NCBI GenBank assembly: GCA_043228905.1
Contig: JBHGNT010000006.1
Location: 12,090,001 to 12,154,000 of the forward strand
DNA length: 64,000 nt
Reading direction: 5' to 3'
Source of the DNA: Azolla caroliniana
Lineage: Eukaryota > Plantae > Polypodiophyta
Shown: positions 63,449 to 64,000 of the stretch, piece by piece
How positions within the stretch are numbered: position 1 is the stretch's first letter
Layout of the letters: each line of letters begins with the position of its first letter
Translations under genes and position numbers: made by a program
The notes under the pieces: generated by a model
Databases searched by the model: none
The model's input: only the letters and a program-made list of their open reading frames with translations
Told to the model about the DNA's origin: nothing

Positions 63449-63542
63449 GTGTACTCAAGCTTTCTATTAAACCTTCATTATGTGTTCTGCTCTTATCCAG
63501 ACTAGCCGGTTTTGTCTACGCTTCCGCACAATTGCTTTTTCA
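63089..63542 (+). repeat. C1 3' LTR
   Basis: Follows PPT TTGAGGGGAG; TG...CA ends; TSD follows. Confidence 0.9.
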
Positions 63543-63547
63543 TACTT

Positions 63548-64000
63548 CAATGCTCTTAAAAGAGCATCCTATGTTCAAAAATTAATGATGGATTTACAAA
63601 ATAAAGTACAACCTGAATATATTTATCAACCAATATGAAGCTCAAACTGTGGCTAAAAGCTATGGTCAAATGACAACATCAATTATGACAACACCTATCA
63701 TACCCTTGCCTAGATGATGAGCCAAACTGTTTTAGTGCTTTTTACAATGAAAGCATGGAACCTCCACCAAATGAATGCAAAGAGTGTCTTCCTCTGAGGA
63801 GAGCTTCAAGAAGAGGTCCATAGACAACAATCACCCACATTCAAGTTGGAAATCCAAGGATGTGTGGTACATCAACTCAAGGAGCCATTATATTATCTCA
63901 AACAATTGCTAAAGATATGGCTCTGAAATATTGAGTGGTACATGCACAACATTGTCTTGCATATGTCAAAGTCAAATTATTCCCTCTTTGTGCAAACTAG
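63548..64000 (+). pseudogene. Highly decayed copia RT (host of C1; probably continues from ~350-457)
   Basis: Recognisable WIYKIKYN and VAKSYGQ fragments with many frameshifts. Confidence 0.6.

Larger units (their letters stand above)
458..63542 (+). mobile_element. C1: outermost Ty1/copia element (pieces 458-2371, 41505-41962, 60488-63542)
   Basis: Homologous LTR starts at 458 and 63089, end TTTTCA at 63542, TSD TACTT at 453-457 and 63543-63547. Coding text rejoins across insertions (PRRR|FTRKEKG; LVAKGYA|QQHGIDYD). Confidence 0.9.

Overview
Eukaryotic DNA made entirely of nested retrotransposons; I found no host gene, RNA gene or CRISPR array. The element mix suggests a non-seed plant such as a bryophyte (inference). 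Almost the whole window (458-63542) is one Ty1/copia element (C1) bounded by a TACTT target-site duplication (TSD) and expanded to about 63 kb by insertions. These include five tRNA-Trp-primed non-chromovirus Ty3/gypsy elements (G1, G3-G6), three more copia elements plus a solo LTR, two chromodomain (Tcn1-like) gypsy fragments, an RTE-X-like LINE and fragments of another gypsy lineage. Most notable: (i) a 2.5-kb element with two LTRs in inverted orientation and a perfect TSD; (ii) a covarying GGAUUUU-stop plus pseudoknot -1 frameshift signal between protease and RT in three gypsy families; (iii) a covarying hairpin before the polypurine tract (PPT) and CG-centred 4-bp TSDs in that lineage; (iv) pol-less gag-only derivatives sharing repeat modules; (v) an in-frame gypsy-gag/copia-RT chimera; (vi) satellite arrays arising inside elements. 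Coordinates were read by eye and may be off by a few bases.
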